Below, one piece after another: positions 1 through 11,517 of a DNA stretch of 64,000 bases. This stretch comes from Geosiphon pyriformis uo1. Lineage: Eukaryota > Fungi > Glomeromycota. Position numbers and translations under genes: made by a program. Numbering within the stretch: the first letter of the stretch is position 1; every line of letters begins with the position of its first letter. The notes under the pieces were generated by a model that saw only the letters and a program-made list of their open reading frames with translations, was not told where the DNA came from and ran no database searches. The stretch covers positions 386,858 through 450,857 of the forward strand of contig JAAOMT010000193.1 in assembly GCA_016748015.1 (NCBI GenBank), in the 5' to 3' direction.

Positions 1-330
1 GTTTTTTTGTATAGTTTTTATTAATATAATATATATGATTTAAATAATTTTTGTTTGATTTATAAAAGTCTATATATAATAAGTAAAATTATTATTAATA
101 TATATATTAATAGTTTTCTTAAAATTTTAAGTATTTTTAAAATATTTAGTAAAACTTTTGTATTTTTTGTCAATTTAAATTTAAATATAAAAGTAGTAAT
201 AAATAGTTTGGTTTTTTCCATGTTAATAAAATTGTAAATTATTATTTAGTATTAAAATATATTTTATTTTTTAATAAAGTTTTAATATATTTAATATATT
301 TAATAATTTTGGTAATATTATTAAAACTAT
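1..330 (+). pseudogene. Highly decayed non-LTR (LINE) RNase H fragment
   Basis: ORF 55..237 IINIYINSFLK...NLNIKVVINSLVFSMLIKL parallels the less decayed relic at 51563..51928 (VVYINSLVK...LFSLTLTKLQII). Both read as C>T/G>A-eroded VYTDGS...SSTLAELQA. Confidence 0.4.
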
Positions 331-1213
331 TAAAGTTTATAAAATAACAATTAAAAAAACAAATTATAGCAAACTTATAAACATAATAATTGAAAAATTA
401 AGCATAATAATTGGAAAAAATTGAAAAAAATTAACAATTATTATTGTAAAAATAGAAAAAATTTGATACAAGATTAAAAAACCAGTAAAAAAATAATTAA
501 TTTTATATTATTTAACAAGTTTTTTTATTTTATGATATTATTTATATTTATTACAATCTTAACACCAAACACACTTTTAACTAAATTATTATGAATTATT
601 TATTTAATATTATTTAGTAATTTTATTCAATTTTACAATATTAAAAACTAGTTTAGCAAAATCAATTTACATCACAAAATTATTTTTAATTAGCTTATTC
701 AAAAAATCATAGTTATAATTAATTAATTTGCAAAAATAACAGACGACAACTTCCAAATTAATTTACTATTTAACCAAAATACTTAATAATACCAAAAAAA
801 CACATATTTTAATAACTGCATTTTAAAAGATAAAGTTATAGCACAACATTAAAACTTTTTAACCAACATTATAATCTTACCAACAATACAACAACATTTA
901 AAAAAAAAACCATTACAGCAATGTATTTTAAAGCAACAATAGAAAGAAAAACTATTAAACTAAAATATTGACAAACCAATCCAAACTGTTATTGTATAGC
1001 AAAGATTATAAAAAAAAACTCCGGAAGAAATTAATAAATTCTTTTTTTGAAATTAATAATTAAAGTTCTTATTATAAAAACTCAAAAACTAAAAATTCTA
1101 AATTCATGACAATTTATTAAAGTACCAACCACTTGTGGTACTTTTAATAAACATTCAGAAAAAGCTCAGTGTTTAAATTTGAGAAGAAAAAAGAGAAAAA
1201 CATTTATAGCACT
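331..1213 (+). pseudogene. Decayed Gypsy gag-end/protease relic
   Basis: TITAMY-like (~908-930) and KVPTTCGTFNK (~1119-1152) match the PITAMY and KIPATCGHF segments of element E protease. Confidence 0.5.
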
Positions 1214-2785
1214 AATTTGTTTAAAATAGTACAACTTTAATTTTTGAAGTTCTGATTAAATTGACGAAATCAGTAAGCACTTACTTAAATTCTTTGAATA
1301 TTTTAAACTAAGAAATTTTTGTAGGCAAAACACTGTTAATGTCGAACGTGAATTAGAACACGCTAAGACCGATAGGAGATGCGTGAAGCTAGAACCTTAG
1401 AGGAAAAAAGTGGACGAACATTGATGAAAAGGAGGCATGGATAGAAGAGAAGGAAGAGCTGGAAGAAGCAAAGGATTTAAAAAAGAGTAAAAATAGATGG
1501 GAGTTGCAGATGCAGAAACTCCAAAATAGTTGACAGAAAAACAGACAGATGACTTGAGCATTGGGGAAATGGAGTAGAGTAAAAACTATGTATCCATTTT
1601 ATTACTACTATGTTTCATTCATTTGACTAACTTGTGCTTATTCACGTCTGCCTCTTGCTTCCAAAATTCCTTTGCATTTTGGGACATAGAGTAATGTGTA
1701 CATGGCATAGAGTAGACATCATAATATGGTTTTCTTGCATTATGAATTTGTTGGTACAATAGACGAATCAATAACCCTCTCGACCGTCCTTGTAAACGCA
1801 TCCTGGATGTCTTGGTTGCTATCGGCGATTATTGAAGGTACGCCTGTCACATTCCCTGCCACTCTCGGATTGGATGACCTGCAGATGAATTTAATATAGT
1901 GAACACGTTTCTTCTCAAAAGTTCCAATCATGACCTTCCTATTACTATCACGAGTCGATGGCAGTTTGCCGTTCCACTCGTGTCCCCTTACCTGCTTCGG
2001 TAATCAATCCTGACCGCTTGAGCTTTGTCGAGATATCCCACTGGACAGAGTCTTACTCATCCAAAAAAAAAGGTTGACTGGAGGTCGATTTCGTGGAAGG
2101 AAACTGAGCTCATCATCGGTTGGTCGCCAGCCGTATTTTTGATCGCAGATCAGCAACTCGAAGAGACGAGATAACGAAGCAATTGAGACGGCTCACCATA
2201 ACAGAGCGGCGATGGTTCCGAACGAGTAACAATGTACGTCAAACAAGGCCAGGATGTCCACCAGTTGAACTAAAAACTGCCTTCTGGGATAGTAATGGGA
2301 AGGCCATGATTGGAACTTTTGAGAAGAAACGTGTTCACCATTATATTAAATTCATCCGCAGGTGGCATAGAATGTGATAGGCGTACCTTCAATAATCGCC
2401 GATAGCAAACAAGATATCCAGGATGCGATTACAAGAACGGTCGAGAGCCATTTCCTCAATGTCCGAGTCACGAAGTACCTGCCTATTTTTCTGTCAACGC
2501 AATTTGTAGTTTCTGCATCTGCAACCCCCACCTATTTTTACTCTTCTTTAGATCCTTCACTTCTTTTCCCATCTTTTCCTTCTCTTCTATCACCAATTCT
2601 TTTCTCTCAAATTCTTCTTCCTATACTCGGTCTTAGTGTAATAGTGTTTGTAACACACATAACTTTCTTTTCTTGTACAACTAAATTGTAATATATTAAA
2701 TCACTAATGACACGTGACCAACCACACGAATTTACATCTATTTTGCTTATAAAGTAATTTAAAGTTGTACTATTTTAAACAAATT
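1214..2785. mobile_element. Non-autonomous TIR DNA transposon with foldback-like internal arms (1572 bp)
   Basis: Perfect 27-bp TIR aatttgtttaaaatagtacaactttaa (1214-1240) / ttaaagttgtactattttaaacaaatt (2759-2785), flanked by cact at 1210-1213 and 2786-2789. Interior is GC- and CpG-richer than the flanks. No transposase ORF seen. Confidence 0.8.
1360..2640. repeat. Long imperfect internal inverted repeat (arms ~1360-1570 plus ~1777-1950 versus ~2285-2640)
   Basis: ORFs 1740..1931(-) and 2120..2691(+) share MIGTFEKKRVH and GVPSIIADS.QDIQDA.TRTVE. gagttgcagatgcagaaact (~1501) pairs with agtttctgcatctgcaac (~2508). Confidence 0.85.
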
Positions 2786-2959
2786 CACTGATATTTATTT
2801 CATTTAGCATTTAAAAAATACATTCTTTTTGAACTTTAATAAAATTTTTAATTTAACAAAATTATTAATAATTTTATTTAATTAATAATCTAATTTATAT
2901 AATAAACAAATATAATTAAATTTACAAAAGGCTTAAGTATTCTTAATTTACAAAAAACA

Positions 2960-3700
2960 AATCTAAATGTAAGGTTTTTTGCAATCTTGTGATTCAAAAA
3001 ACTGTTTTAAATAAGCAGTTGGTTTATTTAATAATAGTAGTTTTGGTTTTGATTGTCTATTATTATACATAATTTAGTTTTATAATTAATAAATTTTTAA
3101 TAAAATAAAATAATTTAGTTTATAGATGTTTTAAGTTAAAATTAACTTACTTAGAAATTTTTTAATTGTTTTTTGGTAAGTATAATAAAATTATTTAAAA
3201 AGTTTAAGATTATTATAAATAATATTAAAAGTAATTTATTTTTTACAACTTAAATAATAAGATATATAATATATTATTATTTATTTTAATTAAAACTATA
3301 ATAATTGTTTTAGTTTTAAAATATATTTTTGTATAATAATTATATAATATTTTTATAAATAGTTTTATTATAATTAATATTTAATATTTTAACAAATTTA
3401 ATATGTTTAATTTTAAAATAATTATTAAAAAAAATATAAAATAAATAATATTATTTAATATAAAATATTTTTTATAAATTTAATTAAAATTAAAATATAT
3501 TTTAATATTTTAAACAATAAAATAATAAATTATATAATTAATATAACTTGTTTTTTAAATTATATTTTACTTTATAAAATTTTATATTGTTTTTTTATAA
3601 GCACTATAATATAATTACTTTTAATAATATTTGATATTTTGTGTAAAATTTATGTAAAATTTTTAATTATATTAAATAAAAAATTAAATTTGTTAAAAAT
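2960..3700 (+). pseudogene. Very decayed LINE ORF2 relic (post-RT region)
   Basis: Reads FFA(N)LVIQKTVLNKQLVYLI...Y(T)QFSF-like, resembling the C-terminal RT region of fungal RNaseH-bearing LINEs. Extremely AT-rich. Confidence 0.3.
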
Positions 3701-3779
3701 ATTTTAAATAAAAATTTGGTTTTTTTATTATTAATATTTTACAAATGAAATTCAACTGCTATCTAATATATAAAACCAA

Positions 3780-4225
3780 ATTAAGTGACTTAAATAAATA
3801 CAGTTTATGCTTTTACTATATATAGTCAATTACTTAGACCAGATAAAATAACACTAAATATCTATATTAATATATGTAACTCCACTTAAACCAGAAAAAA
3901 AAAGCACAGTTTATATCTATTAAAACTAATTACAAAAGATTTACTATATCAAGGAATTAAACTATCTTATTTGATAATATAAATACTATACTACAAAATA
4001 AATTTGAAATTAAATTACTATTTTTGACCAATTTAGCTTTTTCTATATTTACTTTATATTTAAATTTCATAAGTCATATCTTAATACAATACAATTTTAC
4101 TAAATGTTCTACATATTCAACAATAATAGAAACAGCTTTTATCTTTTTATTAAAAATTATGACAGTATTTTTATACTAGTTTTTTAACACAAATCTTTTG
4201 TAAATTGCCATATATAACTTTATAT
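3780..4225 (-). pseudogene. LINE ORF2 3' end relic
   Basis: Minus strand reads LYMAIYKRFVLK...NIEKAKLV...FFFSGLSG, similar to the 3' part of the LINE relic at ~52550-52970. Confidence 0.4.
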
Positions 4226-5013
4226 TTAATAAATATTAAGATAGAAATATTGTTGTAATACTATAAAATAAATCAGAAAAAACATATATTATTGAACTCA
4301 ATAAAAAGATAATACAGATAATATTTCTATTTTTGATTAAAATAGTTCAATTAATATTAATAAAAACAAAAAAAAATTAAAAATAATAATATGAAGAATA
4401 AATAGGTTTAAATTAACAAAAAAAATAGAGTTAATAATTAATATAGCAAAAAAAAATCATTAATCAGGAATAAATTATCTCTATCTATTAATTGATTTTT
4501 ATTCTATTTTATAACTAATATATATTAACTATATATAAAAAAGTAAAAAATCAACTCCAATTGTTTAAAGTAGAACCTATTATTTGCAAATCAGAAAAAA
4601 TTGCAATTATTAATCTGTATCTGCCAGCCAAAAACCATAAACATATTAGGATTTTAATTTACAATATTATCAAAGATCTAATAAAATTACTAATTAGAAT
4701 TATTATTAAATACTTAAATATTAAAGTTGAAAATCAACTAATCACTATTTTAGATTTTTTACAACTTTGTAAATATGTAAACATTATATTACAGATCATT
4801 TATAAACAAGAAAAATACTATTTGTTATAATCAAAACAATTGAAGCAAATAAACTTAGAAAATTTAGATTCACTATAACATATGCAAATTAAGTTGCTAT
4901 TTAACAATTTTATTAATATTTTTACAAGTAAAAATAAATTTGGCAAAACTGATATTATCTAATACCAGATTAAAATTAAAGATACAATACTAATTAAACA
5001 AAAACCATACTGA

Positions 5014-5841
5014 TGTTACTCATAAATAAAACATATAAAAGAAAATAGTAAAAAAACAGATAGACCAATAGAAAAGTAGTTAATATGTAAGCACATTGCT
5101 CAGCAATGTAGAGAAATATCAAAAATTATAATATATTGATTAACAATATAGAGCAATATTAGAAAATTAAGACATATTGCTCAAAAAATTATAACATATT
5201 ACTTGGCAATATAAACAATCTTATAAAACCTAAATTATGTATATATAGCAAAAGCATTAAAAGCAGAAAAAAGAGAAAAATTACCAATACTTCTTTATTG
5301 CCACATCTCTATTAGAATTATCAATATCAATAAATAATTATTCACTATTTAAATCACTTTCTTCACTATTAGCACTTCATGTTGATAGTATTGAATACTT
5401 GAACACACTGAAACAATAGCTCTTGATCATGACTATTAACAAGATACTAACTTTATTGTCTTAACTTATATTTTATTTTCTTTAAATTTTTTTTTGTATT
5501 TTATTTTTTGTTGTTTACTAATTGATTAAGGATTAAGCATTGAGTTATTGATATCAAAAATTGCTTGGTAAAAGACTTCTGCAAGAGAGTAGATACTTGA
5601 ATTTAAGGATTACTTATCAGAAAATTACTGGCCACTATGCTGAAAAAGAAATTTGATGGAATTACAATTCTGAAAAACTACTGATAAAACAATCATTAAA
5701 TCTCTGTTTATTATACAAAGAACTCTAACCCAAAACCTTCAGATAACCAAAACCTTTATATATTATCAACCATATTAGTTATTGAATACCAAGTAATGGA
5801 TTTGTTATTTAATTTAAGACTCCAAATAATCACTTGTAATA
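5014..5841 (+). repeat. 5' LTR of A
   Basis: TGTTACTCAT...CACTTGTAATA, colinear with 32677-33464. Confidence 0.9.
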
Positions 5842-5843
5842 TT

Positions 5844-5860
5844 TGGTGCTTTTTGTGAGA
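5844..5860 (+). promoter_or_regulatory. Primer binding site of A (elongator tRNA-Met-like)
   Basis: tggtgctttttgtgaga 2 nt after the LTR. B has tggtgcttcctgtgaaa and C has tggtgctctctatgagg. Confidence 0.65.
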
Positions 5861-5869
5861 TATAATCTT

Positions 5870-8527
5870 ACAGAAAACTAGCATCAATAACAATTATTCA
5901 AAAGTAACAGAATTAGAAAAAAGAAGAACAAACCATCTAAGATTCACCAAATTTTTATTTCAACATTACTGTCAACACTTAGGATTAACTAACAACCAAC
6001 TATTAGCAAAATCAGCCTTTAATTTCTATGTCAATGAGAAAATTTTATATTTGCTAAGAGTACCAGTAGAAACTGACTTAGGAAGAGAAAATTTCTACAA
6101 TAAAATAATTCAAAATACCAGCCTATTAGTAAATTATAATTTCAAGGCAATTTTTATTGAAATCAATAGAAAAATTGAAAATCACACTTAGCAAAAATAC
6201 CCAATCACCTATGTAAACATAGACAAAAGAAAACTACAAACACCAGCAGTAATATTTTAAAGAATACAACCACTTACTTGAAAGAAAACAAAAGTAGAAT
6301 TACCAACCAACTTATTATATTACTATATACTTGGAAGCACTATCAACATTTTATCACCAGATACATTCACTTCAAATGCAAAACCACAATTAGTCTAACT
6401 CTTATTTCAAAGTAAACAAAAGAAAGCAGAGTTATTAGGAATCTATAGCAATTATTTTGAAAGATTTAAATCACAATTACTGACACCATCAGAATTTTGA
6501 TCCTTACCACCTTAACCAGATTTCAGAATCACCAGTTCTTGAAAAAGAACCAATTCAGAAGAAAAGGAGGAGGAAAATCAAGAATTTAATTACCAAGACC
6601 CAATCTCAGAAAACCTGGAAAATCAAACTCTAATTGATCAAACTCAACAAAATCAAAACAATCCAAACCCTGACATTGTTAATCAGCAAAACTTACTTCT
6701 AGAACTTGTAATAGATCTATCACCAGTTGCTGCATCACTACAACAGCCAATACAATACCAGCAACAATTACAACAGCCATCCCAACAACTATTAATTGTA
6801 CCAATAGCATTTGCTCTAATTGTCAAACTTGAGAAATTTACTGGCAAAGAGAACAATGCTCAAATATGGCTTAACAATATAAGAAAAATCATTGCAATTA
6901 ATGAATAAAACAATACTAGAGCCCTTCAAGCCATTCCATATTTCTTACAGGATACTACCAATTCCTGGTATTAGAGTTTAGTTTAGAAATCTCAAACTTT
7001 TAATGCATTCAAATAAGAATTCCTAAGATATTTTAGCAACAATAATAGTATCAACTGCCTAACCAATACATTTATCATTATTAAACAAGGAGATACCAAA
7101 GCAATCACTACTTACTTGGGAGGCTTTCACAAGAATCTACACCAAATTCAGATAATACAAGTTGATTATTTTACAGTGCCACAAATCTTGAATCAATTTA
7201 TCAAAGGCCTACACAGTAGTATCCTCTAATATATATGTTTATTGCATCCAGCAAATCTTTAAGCCACAGTTACAAACACCTGAGATTTTGAGACAGCTAA
7301 ATTAGAAGCCAATTATGCCCAAGCTGTAAATTTAGTAATGAATGGATTATCTGACTTGAATTCTAAACTAAAACAATTCAGTAATTCAATCAATCAAAAA
7401 CTTAAAGGATACTTAGCTAACAATCCAGCAATTTATCAATTTTCACAACAACAAAATAATCAAGAAAATACAAATTACTCCCAAAATCAGATGTGTTCAG
7501 TATTATCAAGTGATCAATTATGGCAACAAAATATGCATGTTTACTACAATTGTGGTAAACAAAGTCATATCTGGACTAACTGCTAAGTTTATAATAATAA
7601 TTCACAATCAGGAAATCAGTATTAAAATTCTAATTGTCTGTTTTTAATTCCAAAATATCAATCAAACTTAGAATTATACCAACTGAATTACTTACTAATA
7701 ACACAACAGCCAATATACACACCTCTAATTTATCATCCATCAAATCCCATAATTTATTAACCACTGTAGCCATAAATAATTTATTAAAACTCATTAATTC
7801 AAACACCATTATTAAACTCAGCTCATTTGACATCAAAAAATCAAATACCAAAAGTCACTTATTCTCAACAAAACTGGAGATTAGTGATAGTTATGCATCA
7901 ACTAATCTCCAGTTTATTAAACCAACCATCAGGATCTTGTCAGTAGAGCTCGGGAATTGAGTACACCCAAAACCTGAATTTTCAGAACTATTTAAGTCTA
8001 CTGGTTACCCCAAAAGACACCTTATTCAACAATCTAGAATGCATTCTAAAACAAATAATTAACAGCAATATATTTCTAGTCACTATTACCAATGACAAAT
8101 TATTAGCAGCAATTTTTTTCTTTGAAATTGAGGAACCAACTGAAGTACCTCTTTTTAATAAAGCTGCCCTTAATATAAAACTCATTACCATAATGTACAC
8201 TAATGCCAAAGCTAATGGTCAGTCTATCAAGCTGATTCTTGATAGTGGATCAGCAAGCAACATAATTACATGACAACTCATAGAGCAATTAGGTCACTGA
8301 GTTGATCATACTGCCAGTGCCCAAATTATTATAGCTGATGGAGCAACCAAAACTTTTATTGGTGAAATTAATGACTTTCCTTTTGAAGTTAATGGCATAA
8401 TTATACCTATTAAAGTCTTAATTATGGAAGCCATTCAATACCAAACTCTTATTGGTAATAACTGGCTGACTAAAGCAAATGCTGTACTTAATTGAACCAC
8501 CCAAAAATTGCAATTCAGCCAGAATAG
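5870..8527 (+). pseudogene. gag: A gag (capsid-like domain, zinc knuckle) and aspartic protease
   Basis: KLEKFTGKENNAQIWL, TIKQG-like, YYNCGKQSHIWTNC (decayed CCHC), IKLILDSGSAS at ~8226. Confidence 0.85.
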
Positions 8528-9404
8528 TGTTACAGATGATTATTTGGGATTTCAAAGCAAATAACAAACCTATAATTTGGTACTCAATTGATATACTGAT
8601 GGTGGTTTTTGAAGATTGTTTGTATTTGAAGGTTTCCATGATCTGAAGATTTTGGTTGAGTCTTTTGTATAATGGATAAAGATCCAAGTGTTGTTTTATC
8701 TGTCATTTCTTGGAATCACAATTCCATCAAATTTCTTTTTCAGCATAATGGCTGGTAATCTTTCTGGTAAGCTATTCTTAAATTTATGAGTTCTCTACCC
8801 TTATTTTACAGGTTTTTTACCAGTCCCTATAATGTCTATAACTCAGCATTTTTTAATCCTTAGTCAATTAGTAAAACAAAAAGAAATATCAAAAGAAAAT
8901 AAAAAAAAATAAAAATAAAAAAAAATAAAAAAATAAGCCAAGACAATAGATGTTAGTATTCCATCAATAGTCACAATCAAGAGCTATTGTTCCAGTGTGA
9001 TTAAGTATCAGTTACTATTAATATGAAGCATTAATAGTGGAGAATAGATTGAGATAGTGAATAATTATTTATTGATATTTGTGAATGAAAAAGTTGCTTA
9101 GATCAAATCTAAACTGAAAGGTCTGTCTTTTCTACTTTTAACACTACTGCTATATATACATAATTGAGATTTCTCAATTCCTCAATTTTTCACACCAGGA
9201 ATCCTAAAATTTCTGGAATTCTGCAATTCTTTTTGAGAGAAATCTTGAAATTTTGGAATCTTGTGATTCCTTGTATAAGAATTCTGAAATTTCTGGAATC
9301 TTGCAATTCTCTTTAAGAGGAATTTTGAAATTCCATATTTACTACAGCTACTTCTGTTTGGCTAATTTATATGCTAATATACTTCCTATATTTTATAAAT
9401 AACA
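8528..9404 (-). repeat. 3' LTR of B
   Basis: Near-identical to 17698-18564, TGTTA...TAACA termini. Confidence 0.9.
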
Positions 9405-9418
9405 TTATTCCCTTCTTT

Positions 9419-10079
9419 TTAATATTGAGCTTTGTTGAGATTTCTTAATTCTAATTCTCCATTTTTGAGTATTTTTTGAACTTTTTTTTCGAAAATTACT
9501 TGTGTTATCTTGTTCTGTAATTCTTTAAATTGGGCATTGATTATTTTTTCTATTTGGTTAACAGTAATAAAATTCATTGCTAGATTAAGTAAAATTTCAG
9601 GTTGGTCTTGGAATCCAATTTGTAATTAATAGATGACTTATGCTTGTGTGGCTAGATTGTTCTTCTTCACAAATTGTTCAAGTTGTTGTAATATCTTTGG
9701 ATCAAATAATTGTTTTGTCTTATTCATATATAAGTTTCGAATATTTAAATGTTGTTCCAAGTAGAAATAACAAAAGTTTCTTAGAAATTATTGTATTTAC
9801 CACTTCCAAGTTTCTTTAGTCACTTTTTGATATGAAGTGACACTTGTTGGCTCTTCTATTGCTAATTTTACTTTTAGAATTATTTTGTCAATGGTGCTTT
9901 CTGGTTTTTTCTGTACTTTGTATTGGCATATTTTTCTGGTATTTTAGTATTGAATGGTTTGTTGATTGATAGTAATTTCTATATTCTGTTGTTAAATCGG
10001 TTGGAAGAGTTGTTGTGTCAGTATGTGTATGTTGTCAGTAATTTCCATTTTTTTTTGTTGTCTTTGTTGGATATATCAT
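9419..10079 (-). pseudogene. B ORF3 (unknown ~220-aa protein)
   Basis: ATG MIYPTK; NFCYFYLEQHLNI and NAQFKELQ are homologous to E ORF3 (NYCYYQLEKHLNI, NSQFQELQ). Ends NKAQY* next to the PPT. Confidence 0.75.
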
Positions 10080-10103
10080 GTTTTTTTATACTCTTTTGGT
10101 TAT

Positions 10104-11486
10104 TTAATTTGATGTGTTTGGTTTGATGATTATGATTGGTTCCAAATCTCATGGAATTTTATCTGGTTGGACTAGTATTCTTTGTACTTCTAATTGTGGA
10201 ATATGACTGGTAGATGATAACACTATATGGTAATATAGTTTTAATTAATTACTATGTGCTACTTTGGTTAAGATTTTGTTGTTCAACTTTAATTTATAAG
10301 CTCTATTTCCTAGAATTTTTTCTATGTAAAATGGTCCATTCTATTTGAGATCAAATTTTTCATTCCATTGTTTTTTCACTTTGGTATAATATAAAAGTAC
10401 TTTGTTTTCAATCTTGAATTCAACTGGTTTATTTGGTAGTTGGTTATTGTGTCTTTCTTTTTGTTTTTTTTGTGACTTTTGGATGTTATCAGCTGCTTTT
10501 TACTATTTGTTTTCTAGTGTTTCTATTAAGTCATATGTTTTTTTTAACAATGTTTTTTGGAAATTCTCTTCTGTTATTGGTTCTGTTAAATATGTTTTGA
10601 CTTTTATCTTAACTGGTAATATTGCTGTTCTACTATATACTAATTTAAATAGTGTTGCTTGTGTAATGTCTTGCTTCATTGTCCTGTAAGCAAATAATAT
10701 TAATGATATGAACAAATCTCATTTGTTCTGGTTTTTTTGGCTGATCTTGGCAATTGCTTTACACAATGTTCTGTTAAATTTTTCAACTAACCCATTTGTT
10801 TGTGGATAGTATGGTAATGATAATAGTCTTTTTATCCCAAATCTTTGACTTAATTCTGTCAATGTTCTATTTACAAAGTGAGTTTCTTGATTTGATAATA
10901 GTTCTTTTGGACATCTGTATTAACAGATCAAATCTTAATAAATAAATTTGGCAACAAATTCTGCATCTGCTCTTTGAATGGCTTTTGCTTCTAACCATTT
11001 TGTGAGATAATTCATGACTATTGCAATATATCTGTTGCTTCTGTTGGTGATTGTTAATGGTTTGATTAAGTCAATTCCAATGTGATTGAATGGTTGTCTT
11101 ATTTTGATTGGTCTTAATAATTCATTGGGTTTTGTTCCTTCTCTCCTTTGACAAGCATTACAATTTTTAATATATTGGATGATATCTGGATATATTGATG
11201 GCTAATAGTATTTTTTTCTAATTTTTTCTATGGTTGCTTCTTTATGAAAATGTTCTGCTGTTGGATTTGAATACATGTTGAATAATATTGTCTCTTTTTC
11301 TGATTCTGTAATTACTCTTGTTGATTGATCTGGATTTTTTTTGTTTTTTTGATAAAGCATATTTTAATAGTTAATAAAATATTTTGATTGTTGTTTTATG
11401 TTGTTTTGTTTTTTTTGAGATAATTTCTCCTTAAACAATTGAGTATTTATATAATGTTAGAGTTGTTAGTATTTTTGTATATTCAT
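10104..11486 (-). pseudogene. int: B integrase ORF
   Basis: HHCC-like region, FNHIGIDL, YYPQTNGLVEKFNRTL, GPFY motif. Own ATG 31 nt after the RNase H stop. Confidence 0.85.
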
Positions 11487-11517
11487 CTTTTTGTTATATT
11501 TTTGGGTTGAAATGTTT

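Noticed and set aside
2120-2691. ORFs as a transposase or functional genes
   Set aside because: Short, frameshifted relative to the other arm, and without a DDE or other recognisable motif.
9195-9335. CRISPR-like or heat-shock-element array in LTR repeats
   Set aside because: No unique spacers and a eukaryotic LTR context. The perfect GAAnnTTCnnGAA matches appear to arise from decay of GGAATTCCTGGAA in only some copies.
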